A stretch of DNA of 64,000 nt from Okamejei kenojei (GCA_035221665.1 CM069139.1:4030001-4094000), one strand, 5' to 3'; counted from the first letter of the stretch, positions 36,751 through 51,000 are shown. Made by a program: numbers and translations. Notes: generated from the sequence alone by a model not told the origin.

Positions 36751-39119
36751 AAGGACGCTTGTCGTGCAGAGGTGCGGCGTGGCTTGTTGCGCACGGGGAG
36801 GGGCAGGGGAGGGTTTTGTGCTTTGTTCTAAGTGCCTTCACCTGTGTCTCTTGGGGTTGCCGTGTTCGTGGTCGTCGAGCGGTTTCGGCGTTATGTCTAG
36901 AGGCCAACGTTCGCGGGTGGCGTCCTTGTGTCTATATTTTATCGTTGGGCTTCGGTCTTTGCTGATAGTCTGTTGGCCTGTTCGTGCGTAGCATCGTGTC
37001 GATGCGTCTATCTTTGTTTTGAGCGGGTCTTCCTTGTCTTTTTCTATGGATCTTTTGGCTGTGTGCGAGTTTTACAGGGTCTGTGCTTAGACAACCGCAG
37101 TCAAGTGAAAAGACGGACTTGACAGGGCCTCCCTCCGTTGAGACCTGCGGAAGTCCGGTAGGATAGGTTAGATTTCCGGCCCTTAGGGCGCTCCCTCGCG
37201 GGCCGTAAGGGCCTTTCTCGTGCAGTGTCCTAGACTTCTTCTCTTTCCCCCTTCCCTTCCCTTTTTTTCTTACTTTCCTTTTCAATGCTTTTCCCCTTGT
37301 CTTGTACCCTTCAGTGATCGCCCTGACCACCGATGCTGTCTGTACGGAGTGAGTGTACCCTCCCTGTGACCTGCGTGGGCTTCTGCTATCCTTGCGGCTT
37401 CGCTCCTGTGTTTCCTCCCACCACTCCAAAGACGTGCGGTACTGTCGGCTCAATTTGTCATTGGTGTAAATGTCAGATGCTGTCCGTGTGTGTGGGATCT
37501 AGTTAGTGGCACGAGCGATCGCATAGCTCGCTGCGGAACTCGGGGGCTGACAGGTCTGTTTCTGCAACCGTATCTCTAATCTAATCTAAAACTAAATGCC
37601 GATAGGTGTGGCCTCAGCCTTCCCACGCTCGCGAGGAAGGCCCAGCCCGTCACCCTGGTGTGTGAAGGATGGGCTTCACCAGCACCGGGGGGTTGTAAGG
37701 GGGGGAGAGTGATCACTTGGTTTAGTGGTTCCCCGCTGTCCCCTGCTGTCCAATACCAGGCGGTAAACGAGGCGTGTAATCATCAACAAGACCAGGACGG
37801 GGAACTAGGTCAGTGCACAAAGCCTCCACTGTTATCAGTTCACGGGTCCCAGACACGGCAAGCCCTGCCACACCTCCCCCTCCTCCTGGCCAAGGCACTC
37901 CACGACAGTGGTGGCAACTCAATCAAGGGCATTGATCCAGGCTGCACATCCAGCACTGGGGAGCAGTCTCCGTACACCATGGAGAACCTGCCTCAGCTTT
38001 TCCCGCCTCTCGATAGGGTATAGAAGGATGAGGGGGGACCTCATTGAAACGTGGAGAATAGTGAGAGGCCCGGATAGAGTGGATGTGGAGAGGATGTTTT
38101 CCACAGGTGGGAGAGTCCAGACCAGAGGTCATAGTCCTCAGAACTTAGAGAGGAATGTTCCTCTGGAAAGATAGGAGGAATTTCTTTAGTGAATCTGAGG
38201 AATTCATTTGCCACAGTCACTTGTGGAGGCCAAGTCAATGGTAGAGATAAGACAGATTCTGGATTAGTACGGGTGTCGAGGGGGTTTATGGCAGAAGGCA
38301 GGAGAAATGGGGTTAGAAGGGAGAGATTAGATCATCCGTGATTGAATGGCGGTGTAGAGACTTGAATGGGCCGAGTGGCCTAACTTTCTAGAACATAATG
38401 AACTCAGCACTGGGCAGCCTCCGACCAACACCAAGGTAGACCCTCCTGCCGCCTCGCCTACCGTCACTCCAGCGTCCACTCCCTCTGCCTTATAGCATGA
38501 ACCAACTTGCCCCACATACTGGTCAACAAAATCCCATCCACACTAGATACAACCTGCCTGCGTTTGGTCCATAACCTTCCGATCCATGAACCTGTCTGAA
38601 TGCATTCAGCTTCCTCTTGCTCTTCCTCTCCCCGCTCCCCATCCGACAGAAGTACAAACAAAGAAAGCGTTGAAAAAAGCGCGCATCCACCAGACTCAGG
38701 AACAGCTTCTTCCCCTCTGTTTTATCAGGCATCTTCTGAACCTGAACGGCCCCTTCCATAAGCCAGGGAACTATCTGTCCGATTCACCTCTACCATCCAT
38801 TGCGCGGACATTGAGGTTTTGTCTGTGGAACTGGCGCGCTACAATGCTGAGAAACTATATTCTGCGCTCTGTATCTTCCCCTTTGCTCTACCATATTATA
38901 CCTGGAGTTTTAAGCATTTCACTGTACCCTCATACAACGTGGCAGCAATAAACCCTTTGATGGCCAGCATGGATGTGATGGGCCAAAATGGCCTGGTTGT
39001 GTGTGCATTGATTGACTGAGGGGGGCCGGTGGTTTGGGCTGGAAACTGCCCCCAAAGAGCCGTGACCTCTTAAAGATAGGCGGAGTCAGGGATACGGGGA
39101 GAAGGCAGGAACGGGGTAC

Positions 39120-41745
39120 TGATGTATGCGGATTTTGCGGATGAATTTTTTGGAATGTATGCGTGGGATAGTTTTTTCTAATAAATCACATGTAGGAGGA
39201 ACCAACGAGAGAGCAGCTATTTTAGACTGGGCTTTTTGAGTAATGAGGAAGGGGTAATTAGCCGTCTTGTTGTACGTGCCCCCTTGGGCAAGAGTGACCA
39301 TAATATGGTTGAGTACTCTTCATTAGGATGGAGAGTGACATTGTTAATTCAGAAACAATGGTTCTGGAACTTAAAGAAAGGTAACTTTGAGGGTATGAAA
39401 GACGTGGAATTGGCCAAGATTGACTGGCAATTAATTCTAAAAGGGTTGACGTGGATATACAATGGAGACATTTCAAGTATTGTGCATGGATTAACTACAA
39501 CAAAAATTGTTCATAGCCCAGTTTGGCAAAAGAATAAATCGGGGCAGGTAGTGCATCCGTGGATAACAAGGGAAAATCAGGGATAGTATCAAAGTCAAAA
39601 GGATGATGCGTACAAAGTAGCCAGAAAAAGCAGCATATCCAGAGGACTGTGGGAGAAATCAGAGAACCAGCAGAGGAGGACAAAAGGGCTTAAATTAGGA
39701 AAGGAAAAATAGATTATGAAAGAAAACAGGCAGGGAACATAAAAAACGGACCTGCAAAAGTTTTTATAGATATGTGAAGAGAAAGAGGTTAGTTAAAACA
39801 AATGTAGTCCCTTGCAGTCAGAACAGGTGAAGTTGATCATGGGGAACAAGGATAATGTGGTTGGGGCGGACCAATTGAATAACTTACTTTGGGTTCCGTC
39901 TTTCACTAAGGAAGACATTAAATAATCTGCCTGAAAATAGCAGGGGACTGTTGGTCAAAGGAGGAATTGAGTGAAATCCAGGTCAGTCGGGAAGTGGATG
40001 TTGGGTAAAGTGAATAATTAAAAGGCCGATAAATCCCCAGGGGCCAGATAGGCTGGCATCCCAGAGTACTTAAGGAAGTAGCATCAGGAAATAGTGTGAT
40101 GCAATTAGTGATAATCTTCTTTCAAAACTCTTTAGATTCTGGAGTAGTTCCTGAGATTGGCGGTAAGCAAATGTAACCGCCTCTTTTTTTAAGAAGGGAG
40201 GGAGAGAGAAAAACGGGGAATTACAGACCAGTTAGTCTAACATCGGTAGGGGGAAACTGCTAAGTCAGTTATTAAAGATGGGAAAGCAGCACATATTTGG
40301 AGGAAAGTGGTGAAATCATTGGACAAAGTCAGCATGGATTTTACAAAAGGTAAATCATGTCTGTGCTAATTCTTGTGGGAATTTTTCGAGGAATGTAACT
40401 AGTAGCGTGGATAAGGGAAGAACCAAGTGGATGTTGTATATAAATCTGACTTCCAGAAGGCTTTCGACAGGTCCCACATAAGAGATTAAGTATACAAACT
40501 TAAAAGCAATACGGTATTAGGTTCAGTTATTGATGTGGGATAGAGAACATGGCTGGCAAACAAGGAAAGCAAAAGAGTAGAGTAAAACGGGTCCTTTTCA
40601 CAATGGCAGGGGCAGTAACTAGTGGGGTACCGCAGGGCTCAGTGCTGTTGACACCACTATTTACAAATATATAATATATTAAGATCTGGATGAGGGTGAA
40701 TTGGCAATATCTCCAATGTTTGCGGATGACACTAAGCTGGGGGGCAAGAGGGGGGAGGGGGGGGGGGGGGGGGGGGGGGTGGGGGGGGCAAGTGTTCGCT
40801 GTGAGGAGGATGCATCTAGGAGACTGCAAGAGGTGACTTGGATAGGCTGGGTGATGGGCAAAAGTTTGGCAGATGCAGTATAATGTGGATAAACTTGTTA
40901 GGTTATCCACTTAGGTGGCAAAAACAGGAAAGCAGATATTAATATAAAAATGGTGGCCGATTAGGAAAAGGGGAGATGCAAGCGAGACCTGTGGTGTCAT
41001 GGTACAACCAGTCATTGAAAGTAGGCATGTTGCAGGTGCATGCAGGCAGTGAAAAAAAGCGAATGGTATGTCGTTAGCTTTCAATTGCAAAAAGGATTTG
41101 AGTACAGGAGCAGGAGGTTCTAACTTCAGTTGTACAGGGTTGGTGGATAACCACACCTGGAGTATTGCGTGCAGTTTTGGTCTCCCTCCAAATCTGAGGA
41201 AGGACATTAATTGCCATAGAGGGATGCAGAGAAGGATTTTCACCAGACTGATTCCTGGATGTCAGGACTGTCTTATGAAGAAAGACTGGATAGACTTGGT
41301 TTATACTCTCTGGATTATTAGGAGATTAAGAGGGGTAATCTTATAGAAACTTTACAAAATTCTTAAGGGGTTGGACAGGCTAAGATGCAGGAAGATTGTT
41401 TTCCCGATGTTGGGGGAAGTCCAGGACATAGGGTCACGCTTAAGGATAAGGGGAAATCCTTTAAGACCGAGATGAGAAAGACTTTTCTTTCCACACAGAG
41501 AGTGGTGAGTCCCTCTGAACTCTCTGCCGCCAGAGGGTAGTTGAGGCCAGTGTCATTGGCTTAAATTTTAAGAGTGAGTTTGGATGTGGCCCTTGTGGCT
41601 AAAGGGGATCAGAGGGTATGAGAGAAGGCAGTAAGGGATACTGAGTTGGATGATCCAGCCATGATCATATTGAATGGCGGTGCAGGCTCGAAGGGCTGAA
41701 TGGCCTACTTCCTGCACCTAATTTATATGTTTCTATGTTTCTATG
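39120..41745 (+). mobile_element. CR1 LINE (end of endonuclease, RT, 3' end)
   Basis: PLGKSDHNMV (APE SDH motif), KSPGPD, GVPQGSVL and MFADDTKLGG; (TTTCTATG)n tail. Confidence 0.92.
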
Positions 41746-42190
41746 ATTGGGATGATCACCACGATCAAAGTGAATGGTGGTGCTGACTCGAAGGGCTGAA
41801 TGGCCTCCTGCGGCTGGGGGCAAATACTATCTCTTTGTCAATTGTCTATTGAGCTGCTCCCAACCCAGTGACTAACAGGATCGGCATTTTCTCAGACTCA
41901 AACGTGAGACGCGCCCACACACAGAACCTTAAGCCACTCTCTGTCTCAGGCAACGTGAGCGGGGGGGGGGGGTAAGGCTTTCCACTGCTACTTTCATCCA
42001 GGTTGTATGGCAGACTGCAGAGAAACAGGATTTACCTGTATCGTTGCCTTCTCTGCACTGAACCACCCATCATTATTACAGAGGCTGGGACTGGGGCTCA
42101 CTGAAGATCACAACGTTTAACTCCTTTACCCCAAGGCTCTTGGAACAGAAGACTCTCGCCAATTCACTGGGTGAATTTAAAAGAGAGTTA

Positions 42191-42677
42191 AGGGCCTGTC
42201 GCACTTGGGCATCATTTACTCGACAGGCCGGTAGTGACTGATGCGTGACTGTCCAGCCCTCTTGAGGGCCCTGCTTCTTTTGGGAGCCATTTGCGATGTC
42301 GTTCGTACTTAGTCCGATCTCCGTGGCAAGGATGTGAAAAATATTCAAAACTACGCTCGCTTTATACCCGGGTGGTCACGTGGTGCGGCGCTCAACTGGC
42401 GCGCTGACGGCGTACGGGCGGAGCACGGGTACGGATGTTGACGCACGGTGGTGCTTAATAAATTAGCATGGGCGCCGTCCGTGCGTAACCATGCGTAACC
42501 ATGCGTCTCCCCGGGCTACACGCACGCCGTCAGTACGTCTGCCTGCGCCAGGGATACGTCACGCATGTGGCGCGCGAGGATTGTGAGCCTGACAAAATCC
42601 TGGGGCGCTGCGCGTTACCGCCACCACGCCTCACCACGCGCCACGATTGTTTAGGGCGGTGCGCAAATGGACGCCCT
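42191..42677. mobile_element. PIF/Harbinger-like MITE inserted in a CR1 3' end
   Basis: Begins TTA|AGGGCCTGTCGCACTT and ends ...GGACGCCCT|TA. The host CR1 sequence AAGAGAGTTA...GATGGAGCTCT is split. CpG-rich interior. The right TIR is degraded. Duplicate at ~49795-50300. Confidence 0.6.
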
Positions 42678-43276
42678 TATAGATGGAGCTCTGGGGCTAG
42701 CGGACTCAAGGGATATGGGGAGAAAGGCACGGTGTACCTGATCGTGGTATGACTAGCCCTGAACACAAAGAATGGCGGTGCTGGCTCGAAGGGCCCTCCT
42801 CCTGTCTACTAATGTCTATGTTTCTGTATTTTCTCTGTTCCAAAACAACTTTCCCTTTTGACCCCCATTAAAACTCCCTCTTCTCACCTTGAATCTGTGC
42901 CCTTGTTCCACGATTCCCCCCTCTCCAAGGACAAAAGATCTTGACTACCTGCCCTCCGAATCCCTTCTTTATATTCTTTCCTTCTCCCATCATATTCCAT
43001 ATGATTTTAAGGTTTTGTTATTTTTTTTTTCTAAAAAAGCTCCAATATGCTTGCTTCTTTTTGACTGAAGTTACAGCATCGTTTCCCATCCAAGGTTCCC
43101 TAACCTTGTCGTTCTTATCTTTCAACTTCACAAGAACATGCTGGTCCTGAACTCCAATCACTGCCTTTAAACAACTCCAAACAAGTGGATTTACAGCCAG
43201 GCTGACACTGCCAAACTACTTTCTCCTGCGTCACTCTGTGTCTGACCTCCGGAGTGTGTGATGGGCTGGTGTAGAC

Positions 43277-43512
43277 CAGGGGCTCACAACCTTTTTCGTC
43301 CCGTTTACCCCTGGCAACTTTAATAGCAAATAACAATGTTCTTCCACTTATTTATCAACAACTAATGATGAACGGAGACCGGTATACCAGAACCAAACAC
43401 AGTCAGCTCAATGAGAACAAAATATGTACACACCACAATCAACTCCAATTACCCCCTGGGTAGGCTAAAACCTACCCCTAAGGGGACAATTGACCCCGGG
43501 TTGGGACCCTTG
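43277..43512. mobile_element. hAT-like MITE
   Basis: Ends CAGGGGCTCACAACC and GGTTGGGACCCTTG resemble CAGGGGTTCCCAACC-type TIRs. Approximate 8-bp TSD (GTGTAGAC / GTGGTAGA). Duplicate at ~50900-51141. Confidence 0.6.
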
Positions 43513-43920
43513 GTGGTAGAAGGAGCGTCACTCAGTGCCTGACCCAGTATGTGTGTTGGGGGGACCCTTTGGTGTATAGGGAGCGTCACTCTGTCCTGAC
43601 CCCCGGGATGTGTGTTGGACTGTGCGGGAGGGAGTTACCTGTGCCTGACCCCAGGAGTGTGTGTTTGGGACTGGTGTGTAGCGAGCGTCACTCAGTGCCT
43701 GACCACCAGGAGTGTGGTGTTGGGACTGTGCGGATGGAGTTCCCTGGCCTGACCCCAGGAGTGTGTGTTGGACTGTGGCTGAGCGAGCGTCAATCTGTCC
43801 TGACCCAGGAGTGTGTGTTGGGAACCCTTGTGTAGAGGTGGAAGCGTCACTCAGTGCCTGACCCCCGGGAGTGTGTGTTGGGACTGTGCGTTAGGGAGTT
43901 TCCCCGTGTCTGACCCTGGT
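43500..43920. repeat. ~45-55 bp satellite (TGACCCCAGGAGTGTGTGTTGGGAC...)
   Basis: About 8 copies; duplicated at 51125-51545. Confidence 0.9.
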
Positions 43921-44130
43921 GCTGTAGTGGACACCTGTTCCAAACACACACAAAGGAGAGCAATGCGGAGTCCCAGAGCAGTCGTAATACAACTGGGAAG
44001 CCGTGAAGTTCATTGCAGAGCTGGGCGCTAAGTAATCATGGTGCCACAGGTCCTGAGATACTTTTGTCCTAATTTAGTTCGACCGTCCTGCCATCCCGGG
44101 GAAGGGGGGGGGGGGGGGGGGGGGGACCCC

Positions 44131-44630
44131 NNNNNNNNNNNNNNNNNNNNNNNNNNNNNNNNNNNNNNNNNNNNNNNNNNNNNNNNNNNNNNNNNNNNNN
44201 NNNNNNNNNNNNNNNNNNNNNNNNNNNNNNNNNNNNNNNNNNNNNNNNNNNNNNNNNNNNNNNNNNNNNNNNNNNNNNNNNNNNNNNNNNNNNNNNNNNN
44301 NNNNNNNNNNNNNNNNNNNNNNNNNNNNNNNNNNNNNNNNNNNNNNNNNNNNNNNNNNNNNNNNNNNNNNNNNNNNNNNNNNNNNNNNNNNNNNNNNNNN
44401 NNNNNNNNNNNNNNNNNNNNNNNNNNNNNNNNNNNNNNNNNNNNNNNNNNNNNNNNNNNNNNNNNNNNNNNNNNNNNNNNNNNNNNNNNNNNNNNNNNNN
44501 NNNNNNNNNNNNNNNNNNNNNNNNNNNNNNNNNNNNNNNNNNNNNNNNNNNNNNNNNNNNNNNNNNNNNNNNNNNNNNNNNNNNNNNNNNNNNNNNNNNN
44601 NNNNNNNNNNNNNNNNNNNNNNNNNNNNNN
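44131..44630. other. Assembly gap (500 N) between the duplicated blocks
   Basis: N run, preceded by poly-G. Confidence 0.99.
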
Positions 44631-45000
44631 GAGGGATGGAACGGATAGAGAGGGGAGGGGATGCGGGAGGGGGGATTGAAGGGAGGGGAGGATTGGACGA
44701 TAGAGGGAGGGGAGTTGAGGGGAGTCGGGGATGAGGGGAGATGAGGTGGAAGGTTTAAGGGGATGGATATGAGGGCGGAATGTCGGGCGGCGGGATTGCG
44801 GTAGGGGAGAGGAGTTGGGGCATGGGGAGGGAGGTAAACCATGCTTATTTTTTTTTAGAGGACTACCGACGGGGAGAGGTTGGACAGACCCTGGATAGGT
44901 TTTGGATTGAGATGCCTTGGCCTCTATGACATTGGCGGGGCCAAGGCCCCTGTTCACGAAGCTGTCCATGCCCCTTGTCATGTACACCTGGCCTTGTGTT

Positions 45001-48000
45001 CGCCCCTACCACCGATTGCAGTACTGTACGGAGTGTTGTACTCCTCCTCCCTGTACCTGCGTGGCTTCTCCGGGCGCTCTTTCCTCCCACACTCCAAAGA
45101 CGTTCGGGGTCTGTCGGCTCAGTGCTTGGTGTAAATGTCAATGCTGTCCCGTGAGTTGGGATAGTGTAAGCACACGGACGATCGCTGCTCCGCGCCGACA
45201 ACTCGGGGCTGACAGGTCTGTTTTCTGCAACCGTATCCCTAATCAAATCTAAACTAAATGCCGATAGGGTTTGGCCACACCTTTCCCACCTGCTAGGAAG
45301 GGCCCATCCGTCCCTGGGTGGAGGATGTGGCTTTCACCAGCAACCGGGGGGTTTGTAAGGAGGGAGAGTGATCACTTGGTTTAGTGGTTCTTTTCCCCGC
45401 TGTCCTCGTGCCAATACCAGGAGGTACACGAAGGCGTGTAATCACAACAATGGGACAGGAGACGGGGAACTAGTCATGCACACATGGCCTCCACCTGTTA
45501 TCAGGCACGGGTCCCAGACACGCAAGCCCAGCCACACCTCCCCTGGCCAGGCACTCCACGACAGTGGGGCAACTCAAGGGCATTGTCAGGCTGCCCCAGC
45601 ACTGAGCAGTCTCCGTACACCAGGGAGACCTGCCTCAGCTTCCTCTCGATAGGGTATAGAAGGATGAGGGGGGACCTCATTGAAACGTGGAGAATAGTGA
45701 GAGGCCCGGATAGAGTGGATGTGGAGAGGATGTTTCCACTGGTGGGAGAGTCCAGGACCAGAGGTCACAGTCTCAGAATTAAAGGATGTTCCTCTGGAAA
45801 GATGAGGAGGAATTTCTTTAGTGAATCTGAGGAATTCATTGCCACAGTCAGCTGTGGAGGCCAAGTCAATGGTAGAGATAGACAGATTCTTGATTAGTAC
45901 GGGTGTCGGAGGTTATGGGGCAGAGGCAGGAGAATGGGGTTAGCAGGGAAGTAGATCACCAGATTGAATGGCGGTGTAGACTTGATGGGCCGAGTGGCCT
46001 AACTGTCTAGAACATATGAACTCCAGCGCTGGCAGCCTTCCGTAACACCAAGGAGACCTCCTGCCATCTCCTACACTCCAGCGTCCACTCCCTCTGCTTA
46101 TAGCATGAACCAACTTGCCCACACTGGACAACATATCCCATCCACACTAGTCCCAACCAGCCTGCGTTTGTCCAAACCTGTCCGATCCAAGAACCTGTCT
46201 AATGCCAATTCCTCTTTCTCCCCGCTCCCCCATCCGGCAGAAGTACAGAAGCTTGAAGCGCGCACCACCAACTCAGGAACAGCTCTTCCCCTCTGGTATT
46301 CAGGCTTCTGAACGGCCTCTTCCATAGCACATGGTACTGTCCGATTCACCATCTACCCCATTGCGACATTGGTTTTGTCTGTGGAACGGCGCGCTACAAA
46401 TGCTGAGATCTATATTCTGCGCTCTGGTATCTCCCTTTGCTCTACAATATTATACTGAGTTATAACTTTTCACTGTACCTCAGTAACACGTGCAACAATA
46501 AACCTTTGATGGCCAGCATGGATGTGTGGCCCAATGGCCTGGTTGTGCATTGATTGTNNNNNNNNNNNNNNNNNNNNNNNNNNNNNNNNNNNNNNNNNNN
46601 NNNNNNNNNNNNNNNNNNNNNNNNNNNNNNNNNNNNNNNNNNNNNNNNNNNNNNNNNNNNNNNNNNNNNNNNNNNNNNNNNNNNNNNNNNNNNNNNNNNN
46701 NNNNNNNNNNNNNNNNNNNNNNNNNNNNNNNNNNNNNNNNNNNNNNNNNNNNNNNNNNNNNNNNNNNNNNNNNNNNNNNNNNNNNNNNNNNNNNNNNNNN
46801 NNNNNNNNNNNNNNNNNNNNNNNNNNNNNNNNNNNTTGGCGAAACTGCCCTAACAGAGAGCCGTGACCTCTTAAAGATAGCGGAGTCCAGGGATACGGGA
46901 GAAGCAGAACGGGTACTGCTGTATGCGGATTTTGCGGTGTATTATGGAATGTATGCGGGTTAGTTTCTAATCAACATGTTAGAGAGGAACCAACTAGAGA
47001 GCAGCTAGTTTAGACTTGGTTTTGAAGGTAAGAGGAAGGGTAATTAGCCGTCTTGTTAGTACGTGCCCCCTTGGGCAAGAGGACCATAATAATGGTTGTT
47101 TTTCTTCATTAGGAATGCATGACATTGTTAATTCTGAAACAATGGTTCTGAACTTAAAGAAAGGAAAGCTTTTGAGGGTATGAGACGTGAATTGCCAAGA
47201 TTGACTGGCACTTAATCTAAAAGGGTTGAACGGTGGATATACCAGAAGACATGTACAGATTGCATGATGAACTACAAAAATGGTCCATCCAGTTTGGCAA
47301 AAGAATAAATCGGGGAGTATGCATCCTGGATAACAAGGAAATCAGATAGTATCAAAGCAAAGGTTGATGCGTACAAAGTAGCCAGAAAAAGCAGCATACA
47401 AGACTGGTAAAATTCAGTGACCAGCAGAGGAGGACAAAGGGCTAATTAGGAAAGGAAAAAATAGATTAAGAAGAAACTGGCAGGGAACAAAAAAAACGGA
47501 CCTTGCAAAAGTTTTTTTTATAGATATGTGAAAGAAAGAGGTAAGTTTAAAACAAAAGTAGTCCCCTTGCAGTCAGGAAACAGGTTGAGTTGATCATGGG
47601 GAACAAATTGGCGGACCAAATGATAACTACTTTTGGATCCGTCTTCACTAAGGAAACATAAATAATCTGCCCTGAAATAGCAGGGACTGTGGTCAAAGAG
47701 GAATTGAGTGAAATCCAGTCAGTCGGGAAGTGGGTGTTGTAAAATTGAATAGATTAAAGGCCGATAAATCCCCAGGCCAGATAGGGCTGCATCCCAGAGT
47801 ACTTAAGGTAGTAGCTCAGGAAATAGTGGATGCATTAGTGAAAATCTTTCAAACTCTTTAGATTCTGGGAGTAGTTCCGAAGATTGCGGGTAAGCAAATA
47901 GTAACCCCTCTTTTTAAGAAGGGAGGAGAGAGAAAACGGGAATACAGACCAGTTTAGTCTAACATCGGTATGGGGAAACTGCTAGAGTGTCAGTTATTAA

Positions 48001-51000
48001 AGATGGATAGGCCACATATTGGAAAGTGGTGAAATCATTGGACAAAGGTCAGCATGGATGTACAAAAGTAAATCATGTCTTACGAATCTTGTGGAATGTT
48101 ATCGGGATTAACTATACGTGGGATAAGGAGAACCAGAGGATGTGTAAATCTGGGACTCCAAAGGCTTTCGACAAGTTCCCACATTAAGAGATTAAGTATA
48201 CAAAACTTATAGCATACGGTATTAGGGTTCCATAATTGATGTTGGTATAGAGAACTGGCTGGCAAACCGGAACAAAATAGGAGTAAACTCCATTTTTCAC
48301 AATGCAGCAGTAACTAGTGGGTACCGCAGGCTCAGAGCTGGGACCCCAGCTATTTACAATATAATATTAATGATCTGGATGATGGAATTGAAGGGCAATA
48401 TCTCCAAGTTTGCGGATGACACTAAGCTGGGGGGCAGTGTCCGCTGTGAGGAAAGCTTACGGAGACTGCAAGGGTGACGGGATATGCTGGGTGAGTGGCA
48501 ATGTTTGGCAAGATGCATTATAATGAGGATAAATTGAGTTACCCACATTGGTGCAAAAACAGGACAGCAGAATATTATTTAAATGGTGCCGATAGGAAAA
48601 GGGGAATGCAGCAACCTGGAGTCTATGGTACACCAGTCATTGAAAGTAGGCATGCAGGTGCAGCAGCAGTGGAAAAAAGCGCGAATGGTAAGTTACTTTC
48701 ATAGCAAAAGAGGATTTTGAAATTAACAGGACAAGGGAGGTTCTACTTCAGTTTGTACATGTCTTGGTGAGACCACACCTGGAGTATTGCGTGCATTTTT
48801 GGTCTCACAAATCTGAGAAGGACAGAATTGCCATAGAGGAGTGCAGAAAGGTTCACCAGACTGATTCCAGGGATGTCAGGTACTGTCTTATGGAAGAAAG
48901 ACAGATAGACTTGTTTAAATACTCTCTGGAATTTAGGAAGATAAAAGGGATCCTTATAGAAACCTTACAAAATTCTTAAGGGTTGGACAGGCTAGATGCA
49001 GAAGATTGATTCCCGTTGTTTGGGGAAGTCCAGTGACTAGGGGTCACAGCTTAAGGATACGGGGTAAAACCTTTAAGGACCGAGAATAGAAAGACTTTCT
49101 TCACACAGAGAGTGGTGATCACCTGAACTCTCTGCCACAGAGGGTAGTTGAGGCCAGTTCCTTGTGCTATATTTTAAAGAGTGGATTGGATGTAGGCCCT
49201 TTGGCTAAGGGGAATCAGAGGGTTATGGACGAGAAGGCAGGTACGGATACGTGAGTTTTGGTTATCAGCCATGATCATATTGAATGGCGTGTCAGGCTCG
49301 AAGGGCTGAAATGGGCCTACTCCCCCAACTTTCTATGTTTCCTTCAGCGGGATGTTTCAAATGATTGGATGAAGCACGATCACATTGAATGGTTGGTGCT
49401 GACATCGAAGGGCTGAATGGCTCCTCATGCACCTTTTGTCCATTGTCTAGTGAGCTGCCCCAACCATGACTAACAGATGGCCATTTATCTCAGACACACA
49501 CGTGAGACGCGACCACACCAGAACCTTAAGCCACTCTCTGGTCTCAGGCAACGTGAGCTGGGGTGGGGGGGGGTAAGGCTTTTGCCACTGCTACCTTTCA
49601 TCCGGTTTGTATGGCAGAGACTGCAGAGAAACCATATTACCTGTATCGTTGCCTTCTCGGCACTGAACCACCCATCATTATTACAGAGTCTTGACTGTGG
49701 CTCACAGAAGATCACAACGTTTAACTCCTTTACCCTAGGCTCTTGGAACAGAAACTCTCTCGCCAATTCACTGGGGTGAATTAAAGAGAGTTTAAGGGCC
49801 TGTCTGCACTTGGGACATCATTACATCGAACAGGCCGTATTGACTGATTGCGTGGTACTGTCCAGCCCCACTTGACGGGCCCTGCTTTTTTGGAGCCATT
49901 TGCGATGTCGTTCGTACTTAGTCAGATCCATCTCTCCGTGGGCAAGAGTTGATAAATCTTCAAAACTAACCTCGCTTATGAAATAACCCGGTGGGTCACG
50001 TGGGTGCAGCGCTCACTGGCCGCCTTGACGGCCGTACGGCGGAGCACGGGTAGGATTATGACCAACGTGGTGCTTAATAAATTAGCATGGGCGCCGTCCG
50101 TGCGTAACCATGCGTAACCATTCGGCGTCTCCACGGCTACACCACCCCGTCAGTACGTCTGCCTGCCCAGGGAAAACTCACGCTAGTGCGCGCTGAGGAA
50201 TGTGAGCCTGACAAAATCCTGGGGCGCTGTCGCGTTAACCGCCACCACATACGCCTCACCACGCATCACGAATGTTAGGGTGGTGCGCAAATGACTCCCT
50301 TTCGATGGAGCTCTGGGGGCTAGCGGACTCAAGGGAAAAGGGAAGAAAGGCACGGAGTCCCTGACGTGATGGACATACCCTGATCACAATGGAATGGCGT
50401 GCTGCTCGCAGGGGCCTCCTCCTGTCAACTATTGTCTAATGTTTCAATTCTCAGTCCAAAACACTTTCCCCCCTTTGAACCCCATTAAAACCTCCCTCTT
50501 CCACCTTGAATCGGTGGCCCTTGTTCCACGAATCCCCCCTCTCCATAGGACAAAAACTGCCTACCTTCCCTCCAGAAGTGGAGCGAAACCCTTCTTTATA
50601 TTCTTTCCTTCTCCCAACATAATTACCATAATGATTTTAGTTTTCCTAAAAAAGCCCCAATTATGCTTTGCTTCATTTTACAGAAGTTACAACACATCGG
50701 GTTTTCCCATCCAAGTTCCCTAACCTATGTCTTCTTATCTTTCAACTTCACACAGAACAAGCCTGGCCTGAAACTCCAATCACTGCCCTATAAACCACTC
50801 CAAACCATGGAGTTACAGCCAGGCTGACACTGCCAACTACTTTCCTCCTGCGTCACTCTGTGTCTGACCTCCGGAGTGGTGTGAAGGCTAGTGTAAGACG
50901 CAGGGGCTCACAACCTTTTTCGTCCCGTATACTTAACTCCCTGCAACGTTAATAGCAAATAAACAAAGTTCTTCTCACTTATTTATCAACAACAAAGAAG

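Larger units (their letters stand above)
37320..44085. repeat. Copy 1 of a ~6.7 kb direct duplication
   Basis: The same ordered content (SINE, unique sequence, CR1, MITEs, satellite) recurs at 45001-51700. Confidence 0.95.

Noticed and set aside
44028-46963. ORFs containing long X runs (also 1351-1929 and 16546-16876)
   Set aside because: They are open only because they cross N gaps.
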